From IMG/VR virus record IMGVR_UViG_3300048848_000111, positions 1 through 41,071 of that record: a stretch of DNA of 41,071 bases. One strand, written 5' to 3'. The notes below the pieces were generated by a model. The model was not told where the DNA came from. It saw nothing but the letters and a program-made list of their open reading frames with translations, and searched no databases. A program made the translations under genes and the position numbers. Shown here piece after piece: positions 34,235-41,007 of this stretch (positions are counted from its first letter, which is position 1; each line of letters opens with the position of its first letter). This DNA comes from a virus (Duplodnaviria > Caudoviricetes).

Positions 34235-35874
34235 GCTGCGGCTCCCATTCCGAGAGACTCGGCGCCGACGCCGATCAGGTCACGCGCGTTGGGCGGTGTG
34301 ACTGCGTTGCCGGCCGCGGCCACCAGCGCGCGGTTCGAAACTGGCTTGTCACGGTCGGGGGGCTGCCATTTGTAGTCGGCCGGGAAGGCCATCCCGGCGG
34401 CGACCTCGTGGGGGCGGAACATGCGGAACAGCACCTCGGGCACCATCTCCATCGCGGCGGCCAGGTCGGCCGGCGTCACCTCACGCTTGGACTGTAGGAG
34501 CGACACGTTCCCGCCCGTGGTCAGGGTGCGGAGATACTCGGTAGCGAGCGTCGTCATCTCGGCGCCGCCCTCGTTGTGGCGGTGGATCAGCGCCTTCGAA
34601 GTGTCGTTCGCCGTGATCGTCGACAGCGGGTCGTCGATCGAGCGAGGCCGGTATTCGAATCGGCGGTCGAGGATGAATGGGTCTTGCACGAGCGCGTGGT
34701 GGTTGCCGCCGGCGGTGAAGGTGCCTGCGGGCTCGGTTACGGATCGGGCGGTGCTCGTGCCGTACATCTCGGCGATGAATGGGTGCTGTGCGAGCGCCGT
34801 CTCGAGGCGAGTGGTCTGTGTGCGGAGCGGACCTTCGAGGGGCCAAGCTTCCTTGCCTTCTCGGCCCTCGACCGGGATCGCGAGCGCTTTGGAGTTCGTG
34901 GTGTGGAGCGCCCGGAGCGGATCCTCGAGCGGCCAGGCGCGATAGTAGGCGTCGGCGGAGCCGTAGTGGAGGTGGTTCGGGTCGGCTGCGTCGTACGTGT
35001 TCCCTGCCGCTTCGATCGCCAGTGGTCCCCAGTAGCGAGCGATGCCGGCGGCGACGCGGAGGCGGGTCTTCGGCTTGAGTCGATCGCCGATGCGCTCACC
35101 GGGGATCGACCAGTCGATCGCCTCGATCGCAGGGAGCCAGAACGGCTCGACGACGTGGCTGCAGCGCGAGCAGCAGTAGAGGTACGCCTGGCGGTAGCGG
35201 CCGACCTCGCGCTTCGGCTTCCAGGACTGCACGGCTTCCGCGACCGAATCACAGCGCGGGCAGTAAGCGCGCGGGCGCACCGTGCGGTCGAGGTCCGGGG
35301 ACTTCTCGCGCTCAGGCCAGGCCACGATGTATATGCGATCGCGAGACTGCGGCGCCGGCAGGCCGTACGCCTGAGCATGCATTGAGTTCACCGACATCAC
35401 CCGGAACCCGTAGCCGAGCGCCCGCAGCTCCTGGCGCCAGACCGTCCACGCCGTGCGGTACTTCGCCTGCGTCGCGATGTCGACGACGTTCTCCACGATC
35501 ACCAGCCGGTAGCGGTGGTATTCGATGAAGCGGAGCACATCGAACATGAGCAGGCGCGAGCGCGTCTTCGCGTCGTCGGACAGCGGATCTTCGAACAGGC
35601 CCTCGTCGATCGCCGGGGCTGCAGCGCCGCTCGCCTGCGACCACTTGGTGCACTCCGGCGACGCCCAGAGGATGTCAGTCTTCGGAAAGAAGCTCGGCCG
35701 CTCCTGGTGCAGATCGACCACGGCGTGATCGGTGGTGGGGTGGTTCAGATTGTGAATGTCCGTGACGACCTTGTTGTGGTTCGCCGCAATGCGGACGTGA
35801 ACGCCTGGGATCTGGATGGCGCCCGTGGACGAACCGCCGGCGCCGGCGAACAGGTCGGTGAGCGAGAGCGTCAT
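34231..35874 (-). CDS. C5-cytosine DNA methyltransferase
   Basis: DLFAGAGG (I), SPEC (IV), ENV (VI), QSRDR (VIII), GNAV (X). Confidence 0.93.
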   Translation of the reverse strand: MTLSLTDLFAGAGGSSTGAIQIPGVHVRIAANHNKVVTDIHNLNHPTTDHAVVDLHQERPSFFPKTDILWASPECTKWSQASGAAAPAIDEGLFEDPLSDDAKTRSRLLMFDVLRFIEYHRYRLVIVENVVDIATQAKYRTAWTVWRQELRALGYGFRVMSVNSMHAQAYGLPAPQSRDRIYIVAWPEREKSPDLDRTVRPRAYCPRCDSVAEAVQSWKPKREVGRYRQAYLYCCSRCSHVVEPFWLPAIEAIDWSIPGERIGDRLKPKTRLRVAAGIARYWGPLAIEAAGNTYDAADPNHLHYGSADAYYRAWPLEDPLRALHTTNSKALAIPVEGREGKEAWPLEGPLRTQTTRLETALAQHPFIAEMYGTSTARSVTEPAGTFTAGGNHHALVQDPFILDRRFEYRPRSIDDPLSTITANDTSKALIHRHNEGGAEMTTLATEYLRTLTTGGNVSLLQSKREVTPADLAAAMEMVPEVLFRMFRPHEVAAGMAFPADYKWQPPDRDKPVSNRALVAAAGNAVTPPNARDLIGVGAESLGMGAAA

Positions 35875-36380
35875 CAGACAGCGCCGTTCATGTCGCGGAC
35901 GACGAGAACGCCAGCACCGGGCTGGCGGTGAGCTGCGCGTCGGATTGCGGTTACGGCGCGGTCGGTGAATCCGGCCATGGCGAGGGGCATGCTCGATCGC
36001 TTGCCAGCATGGCTGGGGTGCACGAACGCGAAGTCGCGCATCATCCAGATGATGTCGGCGGCGCGCAGCATCCGGTCGAACCAGGCCGCGTTCGCGACAG
36101 GCCCAAGCCAGATGCCGGCGCGATGAGCGATGAAGCGATCAGCCCACGGGGTGGCGTTGCTGAACGGCGGGTTCAGCCAGACGAAACCCTCCCACGGGGA
36201 AGTGAGCCCGTCATCCTCTCGGGTGTACCGCCTCGCAGCGGGCACGAACGTGTCAAGGCCGATCGGGCTGGCGGGGTCGAGGTCGAAGGATTCGGCGAGC
36301 GCGTCGAACACCCATTGCGGGGTGAAGCGCTCATCGGTCTCAATGCCCTGAATGGGCACGTCGAACAAGGTCTCGTTCAT
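35874..36380 (-). CDS. Phage N6-adenine DNA methyltransferase
   Basis: TPQW.F...FDLDPAS...DGL..PW.G.VWLNPPFS motifs. Confidence 0.88.
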   Translation of the reverse strand: MNETLFDVPIQGIETDERFTPQWVFDALAESFDLDPASPIGLDTFVPAARRYTREDDGLTSPWEGFVWLNPPFSNATPWADRFIAHRAGIWLGPVANAAWFDRMLRAADIIWMMRDFAFVHPSHAGKRSSMPLAMAGFTDRAVTAIRRAAHRQPGAGVLVVRDMNGAV

Positions 36381-36634
36381 GCTGCTCTCTTCTTCTGACG
36401 TGCCCGGCGGGCGTGAACGGCTTGTCGGCTGACGCCGGTGGCGGAAGCGATGTAGGACAGGGATCGGCCGGACGCGAGCTGACCGTCTTCGGCTTCGCGG
36501 ATCGCCTCGTCTAGCACGGTTCGGAGTGCGTAGAGCTGGCCGAGTTCGATTTCGTCGGCCTGAGCGACTCGGCGCCCTGCGGCGCGAATCATGCGTCCCA
36601 CGGCGAGGAGGAACGGGATGGTCTCAATCGCCAT
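36377..36634 (-). CDS. Small HTH DNA-binding protein
   Basis: SLSYIASATGVSRQAVH helix-turn-helix; GGGAG RBS. Confidence 0.75.
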   Translation of the reverse strand: MAIETIPFLLAVGRMIRAAGRRVAQADEIELGQLYALRTVLDEAIREAEDGQLASGRSLSYIASATGVSRQAVHARRARQKKRAA

Positions 36635-36641
36635 TTCGCCG

Positions 36642-36815
36642 TCAACTCCCCGTTGACGCTGAATCGGCGAGCGCCTCACACACGTAACGACCAGGCGCCT
36701 CGACGCTCTGGGGTTCCCAATGCGCGGCGAACTCTCCGCAATTCGGGCAGCGCAGAACCGGCAGGCCGGCGGCTTCGCGGCGTTCGATGGCGAGTTCCTG
36801 CTGGGTCTTCGGCAT
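36642..36815 (-). CDS. 57-aa Zn-ribbon microprotein, absent from the ORF track
   Basis: MPKTQQELAIERREAAGLPVLRCPNCGEFAAHW...YVC...; TGATG coupling. Confidence 0.65.
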   Translation of the reverse strand: MPKTQQELAIERREAAGLPVLRCPNCGEFAAHWEPQSVEAPGRYVCEALADSASTGS

Positions 36816-37768
36816 CACCACTCACCGACCTTTCGCAGCTTGGCGTACTCGAGCGAGTCGAGCCCGAGATCCTGACGGATGCGCATCACGGTTGCCGAGG
36901 CGACGCGGATGCGTGCGGCGATCGCGGAGTCGCTGAATCGCTCGGCGTGTAGGCGGCGGACGGCGATGCACTTCTCGGTGTGCGTGAGTCGCACTGCTGC
37001 TTCGCCGCGCACGGCGAGGTCGATCGCGGTCTCGTCGGGCTCGGTGTCCCGGTCTGCGACGGGCGGCTCGGTGTCGTTGTCGATGTCGTCCCAGGCGAGC
37101 GGCGGGAGCCAGCGGTGCTGGCGGGCGAGGCGGATGGTGCGGGCGTAGACGGCGCGTTCCATCGGGGTGGCAAGCGGGGGTGCTTCGTTCCACATCTGGT
37201 CGTAGAGTGCGGCGATCTTGAGGTGGCTGCGCACCGTCACGTAGCGCTGTGACATGTCGGCGAAGTTCGAGCGGTGAAAGCCGAGGCGGCGGCCGATCTC
37301 TGAGAACGACCAGCCACGGACGGCGAGGGCCTGCAGCCGGCGTTGCGCGCCGCGGGCCGGGATGTAGGCGCCGAGGCGCAGGTTCTCGAGGGTCGGCTTG
37401 ACGGCGAGGATCTTCTCCGCGGACTCGCGGCGAATCTTCCTCGTCGGCTGCCACCCGCCCGAGCGCAACGGTCGGCCGTAGACGGGGCCTTGCACGGCGT
37501 TGTAGCTGACCCCTGCGATTTCGGAGATGCGGCGGATACCCATCCCGAATTCCTGCAGGTGCTCGATGTGCTCGCGCACGGGCTCGACCGGCACGAAGGG
37601 CGAAACCCAGGTGCCGTACGCCTTCGCGCGGCGCATCTCGTTCGTGCGGATGCTGCACCCGGCTCGGCAGTTGTCGCAGCGGCAGGAGTGCGCCGTGTAG
37701 CAGTTGGCGGACTCGGCGTGGCGGTGGTCAGGTGGGCAGACCTGTCGCGTGGTGTCGTCGGTTTCCAC
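36815..37768 (-). CDS. Multi-HTH DNA-binding protein with an N-terminal Cys/His cluster
   Basis: CYTAHSCRCDNC; three HTH-like segments; RRLQALAVRGWS and PPLAWDD motifs. Confidence 0.8.
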   Translation of the reverse strand: METDDTTRQVCPPDHRHAESANCYTAHSCRCDNCRAGCSIRTNEMRRAKAYGTWVSPFVPVEPVREHIEHLQEFGMGIRRISEIAGVSYNAVQGPVYGRPLRSGGWQPTRKIRRESAEKILAVKPTLENLRLGAYIPARGAQRRLQALAVRGWSFSEIGRRLGFHRSNFADMSQRYVTVRSHLKIAALYDQMWNEAPPLATPMERAVYARTIRLARQHRWLPPLAWDDIDNDTEPPVADRDTEPDETAIDLAVRGEAAVRLTHTEKCIAVRRLHAERFSDSAIAARIRVASATVMRIRQDLGLDSLEYAKLRKVGEW

Positions 37769-37771
37769 GGG

Positions 37772-38086
37772 TCACCGCCACACGTAGATGCTCAGGAAGA
37801 CGACCACGGATGCGGCGATCACCACGGCGCCGAAGGCGGCGATAGCGCGCATGGCGAGGCGCTGCAGGAAGGTCACGTCCTCGGCTTCGAGGGTGGCGAC
37901 GTCGAAGAGGTGGGCCTCGGCGAGCGGTGCGCAGGTGGGGCACACGACCTCGTGCGGCCACCGGTCGAAACGGGTTCGGTCCTCCTCGCGCACGATCGCG
38001 TCGCCGCAGAACTTGCAGTGCGTCTGCTGCAGTTCGAACTCGACGATCTCCGACCATGTCGCCCGGGGCGGCTGCTCGGCGCTCAC
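37772..38086 (-). CDS. Zn-ribbon protein with a C-terminal TM helix
   Basis: CKFC...CPTC; hydrophobic tail; GTGA overlap. Confidence 0.65.
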   Translation of the reverse strand: MSAEQPPRATWSEIVEFELQQTHCKFCGDAIVREEDRTRFDRWPHEVVCPTCAPLAEAHLFDVATLEAEDVTFLQRLAMRAIAAFGAVVIAASVVVFLSIYVWR

Positions 38087-38253
38087 CGGGTCACCCCGCG
38101 CTTCATCATGATGATCAGCACTGCGACCAGGGCGGCCACGACGAGGAGGGCAGGCCACACGAGGTCGACCATCGCCGGGGCGAGCATCCAGAGCACCACG
38201 AGCGCGACGGCGACCAGCAGCGCGAACAGGGCTTGAGCGATTCGGCGGATCAT
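38083..38253 (-). CDS. Small two-TM membrane protein (56 aa)
   Basis: GGAGG RBS; ATGA overlap; almost entirely hydrophobic. Confidence 0.7.
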   Translation of the reverse strand: MIRRIAQALFALLVAVALVVLWMLAPAMVDLVWPALLVVAALVAVLIIMMKRGVTR

Positions 38254-38564
38254 GCTGCCGTCCTCCGCGTTTGGGCGTACATGGCGGCGAGTTGCACCTG
38301 CTGCTCGAGGTAGAGGCAGAGCGCGGCGGCGGCGTCGTTCGTCGCGCCGATGTCCGCGAGAGCGTTGCGGGGCACGAGCTTCTCGCCGCGCCACTGCACG
38401 GGGGAGTCGTACGCCTTCAGCATTTCCACGAGCGAGTCATTCGGAAGCGTCGCGGCGACCAGGTCGCCGGCTACGAACCACTCGGTGCCGTCGATGGTGA
38501 CGCGGCGTACGTCCTTTCCGGCGTGGCGTTCGACGGCGGTCAGCTTGCAGTTGAGGTTCGTCAC
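38250..38564 (-). CDS. BRO-N domain protein (antirepressor-like, short)
   Basis: VRRVTIDGTEWFVAGDL motif; GGAGG RBS; GTGA overlap. Confidence 0.7.
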   Translation of the reverse strand: MTNLNCKLTAVERHAGKDVRRVTIDGTEWFVAGDLVAATLPNDSLVEMLKAYDSPVQWRGEKLVPRNALADIGATNDAAAALCLYLEQQVQLAAMYAQTRRTAA

Positions 38565-38959
38565 AGCGTCACACCTCCCCGGAAGGTGTCGAGTGCCCGC
38601 TCGGTGGCGGACTCGGCGAGCGTGCGAGGGGTGGGGACCGAGGAGGCCGAGCCAGACTCGCGCAACGAGTGATCGACCTCCCCGGGATTCGAGGCGTCCT
38701 CGCCGAGCTGCCGGAGCTGCGTGACGAGGTCGCTCTGCAGAACCCGCTCGAGCGCGTCCGCCGACCGGGTCGAATAGAGGCCGATCTCCGACTGATAGAT
38801 CGACGCGAACGGCTCGTCTCCAGCGAGACGGGCGGTGCGCAGCCGGTTCAGCGCACCGGCGAGGTTCTTGAGCGCGATCGCCGCGTCGTCGAGAGGCTGA
38901 GTCGCAGTCCACTGGGACGGGTTGCCGGGCGCGGGCGGGCGGGGGCGGGGGTAGGTCAT
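38561..38959 (-). CDS. Hypothetical protein (MTYPRPRPPAP...)
   Basis: ATGA / GTGA coupling. Confidence 0.65.
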   Translation of the reverse strand: MTYPRPRPPAPGNPSQWTATQPLDDAAIALKNLAGALNRLRTARLAGDEPFASIYQSEIGLYSTRSADALERVLQSDLVTQLRQLGEDASNPGEVDHSLRESGSASSVPTPRTLAESATERALDTFRGGVTL

Positions 38960-39351
38960 CGTGCACCGCCGATCCCGGCCGGAACGGGGCAGGTCGGCTC
39001 GCCGTAGTGGACGTCGAAGCCGTGGACCTGCACCCATGCCGGCGCGGCGGGGAGTGTGATGGTCCATGTCGTCGCGCCACGGCCCGGGCCGGTGCCGTAG
39101 TTCGTGCCGAACGACACCGAGCCGCCGTTGGCGAAGTGGATGTTCGCCTCGTAGATGTCAGGGGCCGTGCGGTACTTGATGACGATCGTCGAGCCGATGA
39201 TCGTGAAGACACCAGCGCGGGGGTCCGCGCACGTCACGGCCAGCTGCGGGTCAGTCGACGCAGCAGCGGCCGGGGCCGCCACCGCGAGGGCGATGACCGG
39301 GATGCTCCACGCGGCGCCGAGCACGGCGCGGCGAGCGACAGGGGCGCTCAC
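38956..39351 (-). CDS. Secreted protein with a twin-arginine-like signal peptide
   Basis: ARRAVLGAAWSIPVIALAVAAPAAAAS; GTGA overlap with the upstream stop. Confidence 0.75.
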   Translation of the reverse strand: MSAPVARRAVLGAAWSIPVIALAVAAPAAAASTDPQLAVTCADPRAGVFTIIGSTIVIKYRTAPDIYEANIHFANGGSVSFGTNYGTGPGRGATTWTITLPAAPAWVQVHGFDVHYGEPTCPVPAGIGGAR

Positions 39352-40325
39352 GAGCGTGCCCAGGCTTCGAAGCGGCTGCGAGCCTCGGCACACGCCCGGC
39401 AAGCGAAGACCGTGCCGTGTGGCTGGTGCACGGCGCAATAGCGCGAGGCCGGGAAGGGCGGCAGCGAACCGAAGCTGCCGCCCTCCTCCACCACTGACGG
39501 AGAAGTGGTGTCAGTGGCTCCCCCTACGATTCGTCCCGAGACGTCAGTGTGTCCAGCACCGGCGCTCCGAACCGAAGGAGAAGTATCAGCATGAGTGCTG
39601 CCGACGACATCAACGCCATCCGCTCGCGACTGCAGCTCGAGCAGGGCGCGACCGACAGCGCCAACGGACTTAGCGAGAACCCGCTCGACAAAGAAATCGG
39701 CGCCATCTGGGAGGCGCTCGACGTTCTCGCTCGCAAGATCGACCAGCTGCCGGCCGAGGCGTCCAAGAAGGCCATTGAGGACATCAACTTCCAGGCCAGG
39801 GTCGCCGGGTTCTGAAACGGGGAGGGGTGGCAGCGACCCGAAGCTGCCACCCTCTCCCACCACCGACGCGGAAGTGGTGTCGGTGGTCCCCTCTACGATT
39901 CGTTCTGAGACAACGCCGGTTGCAGCCAGCGCGCTCGAATCAGCAGAGGAAGTATCGCTTTGGCCAAGAAGACCCTGCACTACGCCGGTCAGCAGTTCAT
40001 CATCAAGCAGGATGCCGACCTGTCCACCATCACGAAGTCGATTGAGGATCAACTCGAGGGCAAGCCCCAGGGCTTCGTAACGCTCACCATCGAGCGTGGC
40101 GAAGTCGTGCTCTGGATGTCCAGTGGCACCCCCCTCGCCATCGAGCACAAGGAGCCGGGGCAGGTTCACGTCTTTCAGTGACCGGAGCACCGAGTCGAGG
40201 GCACTGAAGCCCATCACCTTTGCCACGGCGCCGAGCACGCTCGCAGCTTCCTCGCGGTCTTCGAAGACCCAGCTGCGACGCTCACCGCTGGATGTCGTAC
40301 CGCTGATCTCGATGCCGCGAGTCAC
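39348..40325 (-). CDS. 325-aa early ORF spanning two antisense genes, with a C-terminal CHCC Zn motif
   Basis: GTGA-coupled to cro upstream and to the 39351 gene downstream; C-terminus similar to that of the replication protein. Confidence 0.55.
   Translation of the reverse strand: MTRGIEISGTTSSGERRSWVFEDREEAASVLGAVAKVMGFSALDSVLRSLKDVNLPRLLVLDGEGGATGHPEHDFATLDGERYEALGLALELILNRLRDGGQVGILLDDELLTGVVQGLLGQSDTSSADSSALAATGVVSERIVEGTTDTTSASVVGEGGSFGSLPPLPVSEPGDPGLEVDVLNGLLGRLGRQLVDLASENVERLPDGADFFVERVLAKSVGAVGRALLELQSRADGVDVVGSTHADTSPSVRSAGAGHTDVSGRIVGGATDTTSPSVVEEGGSFGSLPPFPASRYCAVHQPHGTVFACRACAEARSRFEAWARS
39451..39590. repeat. Structured 140-bp cassette leader, copy 1
   Basis: Hairpins at 39456-39483 and 39491-39517, TACGAT at 39525, GAAGTATC before the start codon; aligns without gaps to 39820-39959. 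Confidence 0.88.
39591..39815 (+). CDS. Small helical hypothetical protein (74 aa, MSAADDINAIRSR...)
   Basis: AAGGAG RBS, upstream TACGAT -10 box, normal GC3 bias. Confidence 0.75.
   Translation: MSAADDINAIRSRLQLEQGATDSANGLSENPLDKEIGAIWEALDVLARKIDQLPAEASKKAIEDINFQARVAGF
39820..39959. repeat. Structured 140-bp cassette leader, copy 2
   Basis: Hairpins at 39825-39852 and 39860-39886, TACGAT at 39894; offset exactly 369 bp from copy 1. Confidence 0.88.
39960..40181 (+). CDS. Small hypothetical protein (73 aa, MAKKTLHYAGQQ...)
   Basis: GAGGA RBS; TTG start at the same repeat position as ATG 39591. Confidence 0.75.
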   Translation: MAKKTLHYAGQQFIIKQDADLSTITKSIEDQLEGKPQGFVTLTIERGEVVLWMSSGTPLAIEHKEPGQVHVFQ

Positions 40326-40516
40326 TCTGCGTCACCACCCTCGGCGAGCGCCTCGACATCTGGACGGTCGAAGAGGTAGGAGCCGCGCAGCCCTGGCAGC
40401 TTCATTGCTGGCTTCAGGGCGCCGCTCTCAACTCGGCGGATGGTCTTACGAACGCCCTCACCGAGGATGTCGGACGCTTCCTTGGTCGTTATCAGCTCTG
40501 GGTTTGATTTGGACAT
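40322..40516 (-). CDS. Cro/excisionase-like HTH protein
   Basis: LITTKEASDILG...RRVESGALKP...YLFDRPDVEAL (HTH_17-like); divergent from the repressor. Confidence 0.85.
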   Translation of the reverse strand: MSKSNPELITTKEASDILGEGVRKTIRRVESGALKPAMKLPGLRGSYLFDRPDVEALAEGGDAE

Positions 40517-40552
40517 ACGTCATAGTTACGCACACGCTTGGGCATATGTCAA
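40517..40552 (-). promoter_or_regulatory. Early lytic promoter, probably leaderless
   Basis: TTGACA (40552-40547)-N18-TAACTA (40528-40523)-N6-ATG; the -10 box is imperfect. Confidence 0.7.
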
Positions 40553-40632
40553 ACATGCGCGCCCCCCACTTTTGGGCGCGTGATTCACTTCGTGCCCACG
40601 ACTAACCTCGGGCACATTCACGAATCCAACGT

Positions 40633-40668
40633 TTGACAAATTCAGCGCATGCGTCGTAGGTTGGACGC
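40633..40668 (+). promoter_or_regulatory. Repressor promoter, probably leaderless
   Basis: TTGACA-N18-TAGGTT-N6-ATG; the -10 box is flanked by the inverted repeat catgcgtc/gacgcatg (40648-40671). Confidence 0.8.
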
Positions 40669-41007
40669 ATGAGCATTCAGCCTGTTGACCGTCGCCGACC
40701 GCAGTTCGGCCTAACGCACCGACTTGTTCTCGCGCGCGAAGTCGCCGGGCTCGAGCAGGTCGACCTCGCCAACGCCCTCGGCGTGGGCCGCTCCACCATC
40801 AGCAATTACGAGCGAGGGATCGGCAAACGGCCGATCAATAAGCTGCTCCTGAACGCGTGGGCTGTGGCCTGCGATGTGGATGTGGAGTGGCTGAAGACTG
40901 GCGAAACAGAAGACCCCCACCCGGGTCCGGATGGGGGTATTAGCGGGCCGCCTCCGGGAATCGAACCCGGGACCTATTCATTACGAGTGAATCGCTCTGC
41001 CGACTGA
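40669..41007 (+). CDS. XRE-family immunity repressor, prophage form (112 aa)
   Basis: RLVLAREVAGLEQVDLANALGVGRSTISNYERG HTH_3 and VDVEWLKTG motifs; runs through the att core and stops inside the tRNA antisense. Confidence 0.92.
   Translation: MSIQPVDRRRPQFGLTHRLVLAREVAGLEQVDLANALGVGRSTISNYERGIGKRPINKLLLNAWAVACDVDVEWLKTGETEDPHPGPDGGISGPPPGIEPGTYSLRVNRSAD
40903..40938 (-). terminator. Phage-supplied terminator for the reconstituted tRNA, inside the repressor CDS
   Basis: On the minus strand ACCCCCAUCCG-GACC-CGGGUGGGGGU followed by CUUCUGUUUC, 7 nt beyond the tRNA 3' end. Confidence 0.65.
40945..40984. repeat. Right att core
   Basis: Identical to 162-201. Confidence 0.97.

Larger units (their letters stand above)
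162..40984. mobile_element. Temperate siphovirus prophage, 40,783 bp when excised, integrated in tRNA-Thr(CGT)
   Basis: 40-bp direct repeats at both ends matching the tRNA 3' half; integrase, repressor/cro, packaging, head, tail and lysis modules all present with intact frames. Confidence 0.97.

Noticed and set aside
39524-39850. 108-aa minus-strand ORF running from repeat 2 to a TAG in repeat 1, suggesting stop read-through before a pseudoknot
   Set aside because: The TAG is out of frame with the coupled 325-aa ORF and the peptide looks like shadow sequence; insufficient support.
39451-39959. CRISPR, integron attC, or a known self-cleaving ribozyme
   Set aside because: Only two units with gene-sized spacing; no RYYYAAC/GTTRRRY ends; no hammerhead CUGANGA/GAAA core seen. 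An Rfam search is still needed.
246-40857. Isolated ACGCGT sites (e.g. 246, 7900, 8172, 18792, 21522, 40852)
   Set aside because: Single hexamers are expected by chance in DNA of this composition; only clustered copies with shared spacers were counted.
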